DNA from: Clostridia bacterium
Lineage (GTDB): Bacteria; Bacillota; Clostridia; Oscillospirales; RGIG577
Direction: 5' to 3'
Assembly: GCA_017513095.1 (NCBI GenBank)
Contig: JAFWDJ010000011.1
Coordinates: 71,297 to 135,296, forward strand
Length of the DNA: 64,000 bases
Below are positions 1 through 9,600 of the stretch, piece after piece (the stretch's first letter is position 1; every line of letters starts with the position of its first letter). The notes below the pieces were generated by a model. That model worked only from the letters and a program-made list of their open reading frames with translations, did no database searches and was not told the DNA's origin. A program made the translations under genes and the position numbers.

Positions 1-369
1 GGGCACGACGAGCACCACGGGCGTCCGCGTTCGCACCGATATATCGTGTGCCGAGGCCGCGTCGGTCATGCCTATGCCGTCGTAGCAGCCCATAACGCCC
101 TCAATTATGCTTATATCCTTCCCGCGGGCGTTCTTTTGAAAAAGAAAGGCAAGCGTATCGTCGTCGAAAAAATATCCGTCTAAGTTCGCGCCCTTTTCGC
201 CCGTTATCGCCGCGTGAAACATCGGGTCGATATAGTCGGGGCCGCACTTCTGCGCGCCGACACGAAGGCCGCGGTCGGCGAGCGCCTTCATAACGGCGCA
301 GCAGACGGTCGTCTTTCCGCAGCCGCTCGACGTGCCCGATATAAGTATTCGCGGTACAACGCTTTTCAT
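1..369 (-). CDS. cbiA: Cobyrinate a,c-diamide synthase, N-terminal part (runs off window start)
   Basis: Manual translation from ATG at 369: MKSVVPRILISGTSSGCGKTT...KCGPDYIDPMFH, with the P-loop and GPDYID motifs of CbiA/CobB. ATGA overlap with the upstream gene. Not in the ORF track. Confidence 0.9.
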   Translation of the reverse strand, partial: MKSVVPRILISGTSSGCGKTTVCCAVMKALADRGLRVGAQKCGPDYIDPMFHAAITGEKGANLDGYFFDDDTLAFLFQKNARGKDISIIEGVMGCYDGIGMTDAASAHDISVRTRTPVVLVVP

Positions 370-1496
370 ATAGTCACCTTTTCTCTTTTCTGCATCGCCT
401 CAAGGCTTTCGTATACGGGGATGTCGCGGCTTTTCGCAAAGGAAATAAGGCGCGCGTTCTGTGCGTTGAGCGTACCCATAGGCGCGCCCGCGTCGATTAC
501 TGCCCCGCACGACGAAAGAAGCCTTGACGCCGCGTTGAAATGCGCGTCTGTCATGGGCTCGAACGGCGGCGCCGATACAACGAAGTCGGAAAGCCGCTGT
601 GCCACGTGAAAATCAACGTCGTTTTCAAAGAGTATGCCCGCTGCGAACGGTACGTCCGTCTTCTGAAGCCCGCGAAATACAGGTACGCCGCTTCCCGCGC
701 CCGAAACGACGAAAACGCGCGGCAAGCCTTCCGGCTTTAAAAGCTCCACGCTTCCGAACGTAAGGTCGTAAGAGCCCGGCATTAAATCGTAGAGCCGTTC
801 TATCGTATCGTCCCCCAAAATCTCCTCCGGCGTGCCGAAGGCCGCGACAGTATCGCCCTTTAAACAGAGAAGAAGGTCCGATATCTTTACGGCAAGGTCT
901 ATCTCGTGAAGCGACATTATAACGGTCACGCCGCGCTTTGCCATGTCTCTTAATACGGCCAAAAGCTCGATTTTATGGCGAATGTCAAGATAAGCCGTGG
1001 GCTCATCTAAAACCATGACGCTTGGCTCCTGACATATGGCGCGCGCAAGCATTATGCGCTGGCGCTGGCCGTCGGAGAGCGTGGAAAAGTCGCGCTCGGA
1101 AAGCTCAAGCGCGCGAACGAGCGAGAGCGCGCCGCGAACGGCGTCGCGGTCCTCTTCTGTCAGGCGGCCGAACATATCGGTATAGGGGTATCTTCCCATC
1201 GCCACGACCTCGGCGCACGTCATAAGCTCGGGACGTATGCGGTCGGTGAGCACGACCGACATCTGTTTCGAGAGCTCCTTTTGCGTCATCCCCGAAAGCT
1301 TTCGCCCGTCTATGTATACGGCGCCGCCGATCGGCGCAAGCTGGCGCGCGACTGATTTTAAAACAGTAGATTTGCCTGCCCCGTTAGGGCCTATCAGCGT
1401 AAGAATCTGCCCGCGTTCGAGCTTTACGTTTATATCGTGTATAAGTATACTGCCGCCGTAACCGACAGCCAAATCTTTTGTTTCAAATCGGGACAT
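366..1496 (-). CDS. Iron-chelate/cobalamin ABC transporter ATP-binding protein with C-terminal extension
   Basis: Walker A GPNGAGKS, LSDGQRQR signature, LDEPT and H-loop; FecE/BtuD-like. Confidence 0.9.
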   Translation of the reverse strand: MSRFETKDLAVGYGGSILIHDINVKLERGQILTLIGPNGAGKSTVLKSVARQLAPIGGAVYIDGRKLSGMTQKELSKQMSVVLTDRIRPELMTCAEVVAMGRYPYTDMFGRLTEEDRDAVRGALSLVRALELSERDFSTLSDGQRQRIMLARAICQEPSVMVLDEPTAYLDIRHKIELLAVLRDMAKRGVTVIMSLHEIDLAVKISDLLLCLKGDTVAAFGTPEEILGDDTIERLYDLMPGSYDLTFGSVELLKPEGLPRVFVVSGAGSGVPVFRGLQKTDVPFAAGILFENDVDFHVAQRLSDFVVSAPPFEPMTDAHFNAASRLLSSCGAVIDAGAPMGTLNAQNARLISFAKSRDIPVYESLEAMQKREKVTI

Positions 1497-1497
1497 G

Positions 1498-2628
1498 TCA
1501 ATCCTCCCGCTTCCTTTTGCTCTTTATCATCATGTATATAACTATGGGCGCGCCGAAAACGGCCGTAACGGTGCTTATCATAAGCTCGGTCGGCGCAAAG
1601 AGAGTGCGCGCCAGAAGGTCGCACAGCACGCAGAAAACGGCGCCGCAGAGAAAGCTTGCGGGGATGACGAAGACGGGCTTTGACGATTTTAAAAGCGTGC
1701 GCGTTATGTGCGGCACGGCCACGCCTACGAAGGAAATCGGGCCCGCAAGCGCCGTAACGCACGCGGAAAGCAAACTTGAAAAGAGTATGAGCGTCACGCG
1801 CACCGCCTTTATCCTTACGCCCATGCTGAGCGCGTACCCCTCGCCCAGAGCGTACGCCGCTATCGGCTTCGAGATAAGAAGCGATGCTAAAACTCCCGCG
1901 ACACAGATTATCGCGGCAAGGCGCACTTCACCCCAGTCCGCGCCCGAAAAGCTGCCCATAGACCAGCTCGTAAGATTCACAACGTCGTGCTCACTTGCGA
2001 ACGTGATGCAAAAATCCGTCGCCGCGCTGCAAATGTAGCCTACCATTATGCCCACAACGAGAAGCATGGACATATTTTTTACCTTCCCCGAAAAAAGGAG
2101 CACCAAAAGCGTGACGAGAATAGAGCCTATAAACGCCGCGATGATGAGCGTACCCGAGCCGATATGTCCCATAAATCCGCTTAAAAATATGAGCGTAATG
2201 CCGACTACCATCTTCGCGCCCGACGATATGCCGAGAACGAACGGGCCCGCAATCGGGTTTCTGAAAAATACCTGAAGAAGATAGCCCGATACGGAAAGCG
2301 CGCCGCCCAAAACGGCCGCAAGCATCATGCGCGGAAGACGTATCGAAAATATGATGCGGCTCTCCGTAGAAGCGCCTGTGACGGCGCCGAGCTCGTCATC
2401 GAAGCCGCCGCCCGTAAAGAGATTTGCCAAAGAGAAGCGAAGCGCGTCCCAGAGCATTTTAAGTATCGCGTCCGCCTTAATCGAAACGGAGCCTATGTTT
2501 ACGTTTAATGCCGTGCCGAGCGCCAAAAGGCATAAAAGTATAATAACGACGGTGACAAAGCGCCCTGCGCCGCCCGTATTTTTTGCGCCTTGTACGGGCG
2601 AGGGCGTATTATTCTGTTTTTGTTTCAT
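1498..2628 (-). CDS. FecCD/BtuC-family ABC permease
   Basis: RLPR, FRNPIAGPFVLGISSGA and GPISFVG motifs; many TM helices. Confidence 0.9.
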   Translation of the reverse strand: MKQKQNNTPSPVQGAKNTGGAGRFVTVVIILLCLLALGTALNVNIGSVSIKADAILKMLWDALRFSLANLFTGGGFDDELGAVTGASTESRIIFSIRLPRMMLAAVLGGALSVSGYLLQVFFRNPIAGPFVLGISSGAKMVVGITLIFLSGFMGHIGSGTLIIAAFIGSILVTLLVLLFSGKVKNMSMLLVVGIMVGYICSAATDFCITFASEHDVVNLTSWSMGSFSGADWGEVRLAAIICVAGVLASLLISKPIAAYALGEGYALSMGVRIKAVRVTLILFSSLLSACVTALAGPISFVGVAVPHITRTLLKSSKPVFVIPASFLCGAVFCVLCDLLARTLFAPTELMISTVTAVFGAPIVIYMMIKSKRKRED

Positions 2629-2674
2629 TTTTGCTCCCCATCCCGCGACGCCGTGCGGCGTTAAAATCCGCCGC

Positions 2675-3811
2675 CTATTTCAGACGATATAGAAACGGTA
2701 CCCGGTCAAGGGAGTCCGCCTCGCCCGAAAAAATCATGCGAAAGCTCTCCGTCATCTCGCCGAGCCTCGTCGTCTCCTGATACATGTTTTTATTCGTGCA
2801 CCAGACGTTTCCGTCCTTTACGGCCTTAAATTCGCCCAAAAGCGCGCTCTTGTCGATAAGCTCGGCCATACTGCTCATTTCGCCGTCTATCGCGCTGTTG
2901 TAGATAATATAATCCGCGTCCTTCGCCGCGGCGAAGAAGGTCTCCATCTCGACGGTGAGCGTCGAGGTCTTCGTATCGGGGTCGCCCATATCGCGAAAAA
3001 CGTATTCCCCTCCGGCAAGCTCTATCATTTTGCTTATATAGTCGCCGCTTTTTCGCACTACGGCGCTGCCCGACGAGCTTATATAGAAGAACGCGACGGT
3101 CTCCCCCGTTTTTTCGCCGCTTTCGGCCTTTTTGAAGTACTCCTTCTGCGCGTCGAACACCTCGAAGGCGCGCTCCTCGCGGTCAAGCATCGCGGCGTAT
3201 ACCTTTATCCATTCGGTGCGCCCCAGCGGATGCTCCTCGAGGCTCGATTGGTCTGTAAACACGGTTATGCCAAGCTCCGAAAGCTTGTCCTTTACGTCCG
3301 CGGCGTGGTCTATCATAAGAGACTCCACGGCAAGCGGGCAGCCCTCGGACAAAAGAAGCTCGTAATCGGGCTCGCTGTATTTTCCCGCGTATATTATGCG
3401 CCCGTCAGCCATTGCCTCGCGCGCATTCTTTATATACCAGCCGTCCTCCTTCGTGCCCGAAAGACGTATTGCGTCGAGGCTGTCGAGCGCGTCGAAAAGA
3501 CACATCGCCGCCGTCGCCGCAAGGTATATCCTATTTATCGGCTGATAAAGCGGCGATATATCCTCAGGCAGGCCCGAGGGCAGTTCTCTGCCCTCGGGTA
3601 CGATTAGATAACGGCTGCCGTCGCCGAGCGTTATAAGCTTATAGCCGCCCTCGTAATAATCAATAGAGAACTGTCTCGCGTAGTCCGTCTCCATACTTCC
3701 CGTAAGCTTTAAGGAGTCGAACGCTTCCGTCTTTTCGCTCTCCGCGGCGCAGCCCGAAAGAAGGGCCGCGAACGCCGCGATTATAAGAATGACCGCCGTT
3801 ATGCGCTTCAT
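2675..3811 (-). CDS. ABC substrate-binding lipoprotein (BtuF/FecB-like)
   Basis: Lipobox LSGC, EEHPLGRTEWIK motif, AVKDGNVW C-terminus; operon context. Confidence 0.85.
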   Translation of the reverse strand: MKRITAVILIIAAFAALLSGCAAESEKTEAFDSLKLTGSMETDYARQFSIDYYEGGYKLITLGDGSRYLIVPEGRELPSGLPEDISPLYQPINRIYLAATAAMCLFDALDSLDAIRLSGTKEDGWYIKNAREAMADGRIIYAGKYSEPDYELLLSEGCPLAVESLMIDHAADVKDKLSELGITVFTDQSSLEEHPLGRTEWIKVYAAMLDREERAFEVFDAQKEYFKKAESGEKTGETVAFFYISSSGSAVVRKSGDYISKMIELAGGEYVFRDMGDPDTKTSTLTVEMETFFAAAKDADYIIYNSAIDGEMSSMAELIDKSALLGEFKAVKDGNVWCTNKNMYQETTRLGEMTESFRMIFSGEADSLDRVPFLYRLK

Positions 3812-4626
3812 GCTGCCTCTCCCTTTAAAGTGCTCATATCAAACCTCAGGGTATAATCTATAAGACGCGGCTCGCTCATTGCCGTCGTAAGCGCGCTTAC
3901 GGCCATATTGCCGTCCGCGTCGGGCTCAAACGGGATTGAAAACTCGGAATTGCCCTCGGTATTTACGCGGTCGTACTCCGTCTCTCCTACGAGCATATAC
4001 TCGTAATGCGTGCTGCTCCACACGAGATTTACGCTTGCCTTCCCGTCCGAAACGGTAACGCGCGCGGGCGACTCGACGCTTGCGCGTCCCGAGCCGCCGT
4101 CCAAAACGACCTCTATCGTATATGCGCCGTCGGACAGCGCTGCGCTTTTGGCCGCTTCGGGCAGGGCACAGGGGTTTGCGACCTTCACCTTATGGTCGTA
4201 CCATTTGCCGCTCTCGCCCAAAATGGCGCAGTCGAACTCCTCACCCAGCACCGGCACGGGCAGATCGAAGCCGAAAACCTCCTCCGTCATGCCGTCGGAG
4301 TATGTTATCTCGTCCGTCGTGGGGCTTATAATATTCGCCTCGTCGGCCTTTGCCTCCTCGGCGGTGCCGGCGTAAATGTTTATTATGCGCTTCGATACGA
4401 GCGAGATGTGTATCGTCATTTCGCCGCCGGAAACGGTCAGCGTACCTTTGCCGCCGCATGCTTCGTTTACATGGAACATGCCGCTGTCGGTCTCAAAATC
4501 GGCCGAATATACGCCGTCCGCAAGTGCCGCTTCATCTGTCTGCGCCGCATCCTTCGAGGCACAGCCCGCAAACAGTGCCGCAATGATAAGGATCGCGCAC
4601 AGTGCGGCCGCAATTTTACTTTTCAT
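3808..4626 (-). CDS. Lipoprotein with two related beta-rich (NEAT-like) domains, putative metal/corrinoid capture
   Basis: Lipobox FAGC; two domains beginning LADGVY and LSDGAY; ATGA overlap with the SBP gene. Confidence 0.6.
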   Translation of the reverse strand: MKSKIAAALCAILIIAALFAGCASKDAAQTDEAALADGVYSADFETDSGMFHVNEACGGKGTLTVSGGEMTIHISLVSKRIINIYAGTAEEAKADEANIISPTTDEITYSDGMTEEVFGFDLPVPVLGEEFDCAILGESGKWYDHKVKVANPCALPEAAKSAALSDGAYTIEVVLDGGSGRASVESPARVTVSDGKASVNLVWSSTHYEYMLVGETEYDRVNTEGNSEFSIPFEPDADGNMAVSALTTAMSEPRLIDYTLRFDMSTLKGEAA

Positions 4627-4644
4627 TGTAGGTCTCTCCCGAAC

Positions 4645-5850
4645 TTACTGTATCGCGTCCATTGCCGCCTTCGTGTGGTCGATATAGATGCTCTGGATAT
4701 CGGCTATGCGGCCGAGTCCCGATATCTGAACGCCGATGTTTTCAAAATATCCCGACGCCGTGAACATACTAAGCCACGAATCCTCGTCCTCGCCTGCCAT
4801 ATCGTTGTTCGCGTGGTCGCCCGCAACTACCATGAACGGACGAAGCACAACGGAGGAAAATCCTGCTTCCTTCACCTTCTCGATAACGGCTTCGCAGGCA
4901 GTATCCTCGGGCTCGCCCTCAACGGTGCCGATGAATACATTGACGTATCCGAGCTCGTCCATCTGCGTCTGCATCTGCGAATACGACACCTTCGCCGTAT
5001 GCGACGTGCCGTGTCCCATGAATACGAATGCCGTGCCGGACTCGGCTGCTGCGCCCGGGCTTTCAAAGCCGCCCTCGGAAACCGCAGCGGCGGTCACGGC
5101 AACGGCTACCGCTTCCTTGTCGGCGTTTATAACGGTCGCGTCACTGCCCACCTCGCCAAGAAGCGGCTCGGCAATGACGATATTCTTAAACTTGCCCTCA
5201 TATTCCTTCACAGCCTCCGCAAGCTCGTCGTATTCGGCGCCGTGCATAAGGTGCGTCGGCTGCAGAACGAGGTTTTCGACTCCGTTCGAAACGGCGCGTT
5301 CGAGCGCCTGAGGCACGTTGTCTATCTTTTCACCGTCGCGCGCGTAAATGTGGTTAATAATTATCTGCGACGTGAACGCGCGGCGTACCGACCAGTCGGG
5401 ATATGCTGCCGCAAGAGCGTCCTCGATGCCCTTTATGTCGGCGACACGGCTGTCGTTAAACGACGTGCCGAAGCTTACGACGAGAAGCTCGTTTGCGCCG
5501 ATGCCGTCATCGTTTCCCGGATCGTCAAGCGATGCGTCGCCCGTGTCGCGTCCGAAGTAATCGGGGTCCGCGTCCTCGCCCGAAACGAGGGCCTTTTCTT
5601 CGTCGGTGAGCGCGTCCCACGCGGCCTTTGCGGCCTCGCACTGCGCGTAGGTGTCCTCGCTGTACGTCTGAACGTAGATGGCGTCTATAAGCGCCGCAGC
5701 GTTCTCTACGGCCTCCATGTTGACGCCTGTCTCCTCGGACTGCGCGTCCGCGTCCGTGTTCTGTTCTGTCTTCTGTGACGAGCATCCCGCCGCCATTAAA
5801 ATAAGGCAGAACGCGAGAACGATTGGTATTATTCTCTTTGTCATCTTCAT
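4645..5850 (-). CDS. cbiK: Sirohydrochlorin cobaltochelatase CbiK, lipoprotein form
   Basis: SFGTS, RAFTS, MGHG and VAGDHANNDM motifs. Start at 5850 after GGAGG; signal peptide with lipobox AAGC. Confidence 0.88.
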   Translation of the reverse strand: MKMTKRIIPIVLAFCLILMAAGCSSQKTEQNTDADAQSEETGVNMEAVENAAALIDAIYVQTYSEDTYAQCEAAKAAWDALTDEEKALVSGEDADPDYFGRDTGDASLDDPGNDDGIGANELLVVSFGTSFNDSRVADIKGIEDALAAAYPDWSVRRAFTSQIIINHIYARDGEKIDNVPQALERAVSNGVENLVLQPTHLMHGAEYDELAEAVKEYEGKFKNIVIAEPLLGEVGSDATVINADKEAVAVAVTAAAVSEGGFESPGAAAESGTAFVFMGHGTSHTAKVSYSQMQTQMDELGYVNVFIGTVEGEPEDTACEAVIEKVKEAGFSSVVLRPFMVVAGDHANNDMAGEDEDSWLSMFTASGYFENIGVQISGLGRIADIQSIYIDHTKAAMDAIQ

Positions 5851-5899
5851 TTTTTCATTCCTCCATAGGTTTATTTTTGGGGCAAAACCCCTTTTAGAT

Positions 5900-5932
5900 A
5901 AAATAAAACGCGGCAGCGTATATGCTGCCGCA
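5900..5932 (-). terminator. Intrinsic terminator in the cbiK leader (riboswitch expression platform)
   Basis: Minus strand GCGGCAGC-atatac-GCTGCCGC followed by a T-rich tract, between the aptamer and the cbiK RBS. Confidence 0.7.
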
Positions 5933-5999
5933 GCCGTTTTTCTGCATGACAAACAAACCCACCCGCCCCAATATCGAGGGCATGCAGGCGAACACCGTT

Positions 6000-6195
6000 T
6001 AAGCAGGTCTCCTGACTTGCGCATCGTAAGCCTTTCGCACGGCCTTCTCGGGGAACGCTCCCCAATGACCGGCTTTCGCCGCGTGCGGGGCCTTCGCGCT
6101 TACAGTGGCGGTACCGTTTCGGATTCTGACCGAATTGTCTATTCTCCGCCGTCCCTGAGGGCGGGATGGGCGGCACTTAAACGAAGGTATTCATT
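6000..6195 (-). ncRNA. Cobalamin (B12) riboswitch
   Basis: Minus strand: ...GAATAG-ACAATTCGGTCAGAATCCGAAACGGTACCGCCACTGTAA...GTCATTGGG...GAGAAGGC...AAGTCAGGAGACCTGC (B12 box); upstream of cbiK-ABC-cbiA. Confidence 0.9.
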
Positions 6196-6227
6196 TAAGT
6201 CAATAATAAGCTATGGGCGCGGTTTTG

Positions 6228-6383
6228 TCAACCGCGCCCGTCCTTGTCTTTTTGGCATCTTTTCGCGCAGCACGCGCAGCCTCCCGTGCACGTGCCGCCC
6301 TTTTTTCGCAATATCGCGCGCACGGCGAAAAACAACGCTAAAGCGAGTGCCGCGATGATTATTATATCCCATACGTTAGGCAT
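6228..6383 (-). CDS. FeoB-associated Cys-rich small membrane protein (51 aa)
   Basis: Manual translation MPNVWDIIIIAALALALFFAVRAILRKKGGTCTGGCACCAKRCQKDKDGRG with a GGGGAG RBS, directly after feoB. A hairpin at 6215-6239 overlaps its stop codon. Confidence 0.85.
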   Translation of the reverse strand: MPNVWDIIIIAALALALFFAVRAILRKKGGTCTGGCACCAKRCQKDKDGRG

Positions 6384-6395
6384 ATTCTCTCCCCC

Positions 6396-8747
6396 TTACA
6401 TAAAGCCCATTGCAAGGCTAATAAGACGCACGACAAACGCCGCCGCCCACGCGATAAGGCACTGCATCACGACGACGAACAGCGACCATTTTCCGCCCAT
6501 TTCGCGCTTTACGGAGGCGATGGCCGCAACGCACGGCGTATACAAAAGGCAGAATACGAGCATACACATGGCCCCTACGGCGGTCATTGCGGCGCCGACG
6601 CCGCCGGCGCCGAACATTACCTCAAGCGACGATACGACACTTTCCTTTGCGATAAAGCCCGATATGAGCGCGGTGCATATGCGCCAGTCGCCGAGCCCCA
6701 GCGGAGCGAAAACGGGCACGAGCACGCTTGATATGACTGCGAGTATACTCTGTTGCGAATTGTCGGTAAGATGGAACTGCAGATTGAAGCTCTGAAGGAA
6801 CCATATCACTATCGTTGCGATAAGTATAACCGAAAAGGCGCGCTGAAGAAAATCCTTCGCCTTTTCCCATAAAAGCTGCACCACGTTCTTTGCGCCCGGC
6901 AGTCTGTAATTCGGCAGCTCCATTACGAACGGCACGGGCTCGCCCTTAAAGACGGTATTCTTTAAGGCGAACGCCATAATAACGCCTATCGCCATGCCGA
7001 TGACGTAAAGACCTATCATTACGAGCGCGGCCTTTTCGGGGAAGAACGCCGCCGAAAAGAAAGCGTATATCGGAAGCTTCGCAGAACAGCTCATAAACGG
7101 CGTGAGTAGCACTGTCATCTTTCTGTCGCGCTCGCTCGGAAGCGTGCGGCTCGACATTACGGCGGGCACTGTACAGCCGAAGCCTATAAGCATAGGCACT
7201 ATGCTGCGCCCCGAAAGTCCCATTTTACGGAAAATCTTATCCATAACGAACGCCACGCGCGCGATATATCCGCTGTCCTCGAGTATTGATAAGAAGAAGA
7301 ACAGCACAACGATTATCGGAAGGAAGGATAAAACGCTTCCGACGCCCGAGAAAATACCGTCAATTATAAGCCCGTGAAGTACGCGGCTCACGCCGCCCGC
7401 CGTGAGCGCCGCGTCCGCAGCCGCGGTAAGCGCGTCGATGCCTGCGGAAAGAAGGTCCTGAAGCACCTTTCCTATTACGTTGAACGTAAGGAAGAACACA
7501 ACGCCCATGATCGCGATAAAAAGCGGGATGGCCGAATATTTACCGGTAAGTATCCTGTCTATTTTCTGGCTTCTTAAATATTCGCGGCTCTTTTTCGGCT
7601 TTACGACAGCCGCCGCGCAGACGTTCTCTATGAACTGAAAGCGCATCTCGGCTATGGCCGCCTTTCTGTCGAGGCCGCGTTCGTGCTCCATCTGCACTAC
7701 GATATGCTCCAAAAGCTCCTTCTCGTTCGGGTCGAGTTTCAGCCGTTCGAGGATCATTTCGTCGCCCTCGATTATCTTTTCGGCGGCGAAGCGCACGGGC
7801 AGTCCCGAGGTATTCGCGTGATCCTCGATAAGATGGATGACCGCGTGAAGGCAGCGGTGCACCGCGCCTCCGTGCGCGTCTCTGTCGCAGAAATCCTGCC
7901 TTAAGGGCAGCTCCTCAAATCGCGCCACGTGAACGGCGTGACGCACAAGCTCCGACACACCCTGATTCTTCGCGGCCGAAATGGGCACGACGGGCACGCC
8001 CAGCATGGCCTCCATTGTGTTTATATCAACGCTTCCGCCGTTTCCGTATACCTCGTCCATCATATTGAGCGCAACGACGATAGGAGTGTCCATCTGAAGA
8101 AGCTGCATCGTAAGATAGAGGTTTCTTTCAATATTCGTCGCGTCAACTATGTTTATAATGGCCTTCGGCTTCTCATAAAGCACGAACTCGCGCGAGATTA
8201 TCTCCTCGCTGCTGTACGGCGACATGGAATATATGCCGGGAAGGTCGGTAATAAGCGTATCGGGGTATCCGCGGATGACGCCGTCCTTACGGTCGACGGT
8301 AACTCCGGGGAAGTTGCCCACGTGCTGGTTTGAGCCCGTAAGCTGATTGAAAAGCGTCGTTTTGCCGCTGTTCTGATTGCCCACGAGGGCATATGTAAGA
8401 AGCGTACCCGCGGGAAGCGGCGAACCGTGCTCCTTATAGTGCGTCTTGTTTATCTCACCGAAGCCGGGGTGGCTTGAGGTCCTTTGCTTTTCCTCTGAGC
8501 GCTCCTCCGACGCGTCCTCCCCGTCGACCGGCAGCACGCTTATCTTCTGCGCGTCGGCAAGCCTCAGCGTAAGCTGATATCCGTGAATTCTAATCTCCAT
8601 CGGGTCCTTCATCGGCGCAAAGCGCACGACGCTCACCCTGACGCCGGGGATAACTCCCATGTCAAGAAGGTGCTGCCTTAGCGACCCCTCGCCGCCCACC
8701 TCATCTATATATGCCGATTGTCCGGCCTTTAACTCATTTAACGTCAT
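6396..8747 (-). CDS. feoB: Fused FeoA-FeoB ferrous iron transporter
   Basis: N-terminal FeoA domain (RQHLLDMG...APMKDP); G-domain GNQNSGKT, GNFPGVTV, DLPG, NMMD; gate motifs GFGC and PFMSC. Confidence 0.95.
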   Translation of the reverse strand: MTLNELKAGQSAYIDEVGGEGSLRQHLLDMGVIPGVRVSVVRFAPMKDPMEIRIHGYQLTLRLADAQKISVLPVDGEDASEERSEEKQRTSSHPGFGEINKTHYKEHGSPLPAGTLLTYALVGNQNSGKTTLFNQLTGSNQHVGNFPGVTVDRKDGVIRGYPDTLITDLPGIYSMSPYSSEEIISREFVLYEKPKAIINIVDATNIERNLYLTMQLLQMDTPIVVALNMMDEVYGNGGSVDINTMEAMLGVPVVPISAAKNQGVSELVRHAVHVARFEELPLRQDFCDRDAHGGAVHRCLHAVIHLIEDHANTSGLPVRFAAEKIIEGDEMILERLKLDPNEKELLEHIVVQMEHERGLDRKAAIAEMRFQFIENVCAAAVVKPKKSREYLRSQKIDRILTGKYSAIPLFIAIMGVVFFLTFNVIGKVLQDLLSAGIDALTAAADAALTAGGVSRVLHGLIIDGIFSGVGSVLSFLPIIVVLFFFLSILEDSGYIARVAFVMDKIFRKMGLSGRSIVPMLIGFGCTVPAVMSSRTLPSERDRKMTVLLTPFMSCSAKLPIYAFFSAAFFPEKAALVMIGLYVIGMAIGVIMAFALKNTVFKGEPVPFVMELPNYRLPGAKNVVQLLWEKAKDFLQRAFSVILIATIVIWFLQSFNLQFHLTDNSQQSILAVISSVLVPVFAPLGLGDWRICTALISGFIAKESVVSSLEVMFGAGGVGAAMTAVGAMCMLVFCLLYTPCVAAIASVKREMGGKWSLFVVVMQCLIAWAAAFVVRLISLAMGFM

Positions 8748-8817
8748 TTCGCGATCCCTTTCGCCGCGCGTTTTGCTTTAATATAACGCGTCTGCGTATA
8801 AATTCCCATTATAATTG

Positions 8818-8847
8818 TTAGTATATGCTGCCCAAACGATTTGTCAA
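8818..8847 (-). promoter_or_regulatory. feoAB sigma-A promoter with an overlapping DtxR/MntR-like box
   Basis: Minus strand TTGACA-N16-TATACT; TTTGGGCAGCATATACTAA matches 13/19 of the DtxR consensus TTAGGTTAGCCTAACCTAA. Confidence 0.5.
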
Positions 8848-8919
8848 GTCCCATTTTTTCATATTTACGCTGGCTGTTTGACCCATATTCTGCCATTTGC
8901 GCTGTGGAAAATAATAGTA

Positions 8920-8948
8920 TTGACAGCATTTTGGTGCGATGATAAAAT
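8920..8948 (+). promoter_or_regulatory. Sigma-A promoter of the cysteine hydrolase gene
   Basis: TTGACA-N17-TAAAAT with extended TGn. Confidence 0.75.
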
Positions 8949-9010
8949 GTACTTAACTTTTTATTAGTACTTAAATTAAATATCAAATTTGATTTTCAGG
9001 AGGCTTAAAA

Positions 9011-9553
9011 ATGGCTAAATACGCAGTTATCCTCGTTGACATGTTAAATGATTTCATCACTGGCCCCATATCGACAGAGCGCGCTCCGGGCATCGTTGAG
9101 CCCAACGTCCGCCTCGCGGCAAAGGCGCGCGAAAAGGGCATCCCCGTAATCTACGCGAACGACTGCCACACTCCCGAAATTGACCACGAATTCAAGGTCT
9201 GGGGCCCGCATGCGGTAGAGGGCACGAAGGGCGCCGAGGTCGTACCGGAGCTTACGCCGCAGAAGGGTGACTTTATCGTTCCGAAGAAGCGTTACAGCGC
9301 GTTCTACGGCACAAATCTTGAGCTTCTGCTCAAAGAATTGGGCGTCGATACCCTTATAATCACGGGCTGGCAGGCCGACTGCTGCTGCAGACACACCTCA
9401 GCGGACGCCTTTTTCAGAGGCTACGATATCGTAGTGCCGAAGGAAACGACCGACACCACCACCTACGAGGCATACATCGCCGGTCTTGAGTATCTAAAGA
9501 CTATCTACGGCGCAGACGTATGCGATCTTGACGAGCTTATGGCAAAGCTTTAA
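9011..9553 (+). CDS. Isochorismatase/nicotinamidase-family cysteine hydrolase
   Basis: VDMLNDF, KKRYSAFYGT and catalytic DCC motifs; AGGAGG RBS. Confidence 0.9.
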   Translation: MAKYAVILVDMLNDFITGPISTERAPGIVEPNVRLAAKAREKGIPVIYANDCHTPEIDHEFKVWGPHAVEGTKGAEVVPELTPQKGDFIVPKKRYSAFYGTNLELLLKELGVDTLIITGWQADCCCRHTSADAFFRGYDIVVPKETTDTTTYEAYIAGLEYLKTIYGADVCDLDELMAKL

Positions 9554-9567
9554 TTGATTTGAAATAT

Positions 9568-9600
9568 AAAAAAAGCGTAAGAGTTTCTTACGCTTTTTTT
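9568..9600. terminator. Bidirectional terminator
   Basis: AAAAAAGCGTAAGA-gtt-TCTTACGCTTTTTT between convergent genes. Confidence 0.8.

Noticed and set aside
4006-5778. 590-aa plus-strand ORF and other long antisense ORFs (e.g. 13200-14447, 41653-42774, 44338-45402)
   Set aside because: They are shadows of well-supported opposite-strand genes in GC-rich DNA, with no motifs or RBS.
5851-6024. Longer N-terminus of cbiK in the ORF track
   Set aside because: It overlaps the riboswitch and terminator; the RBS and signal peptide place the start at 5850.
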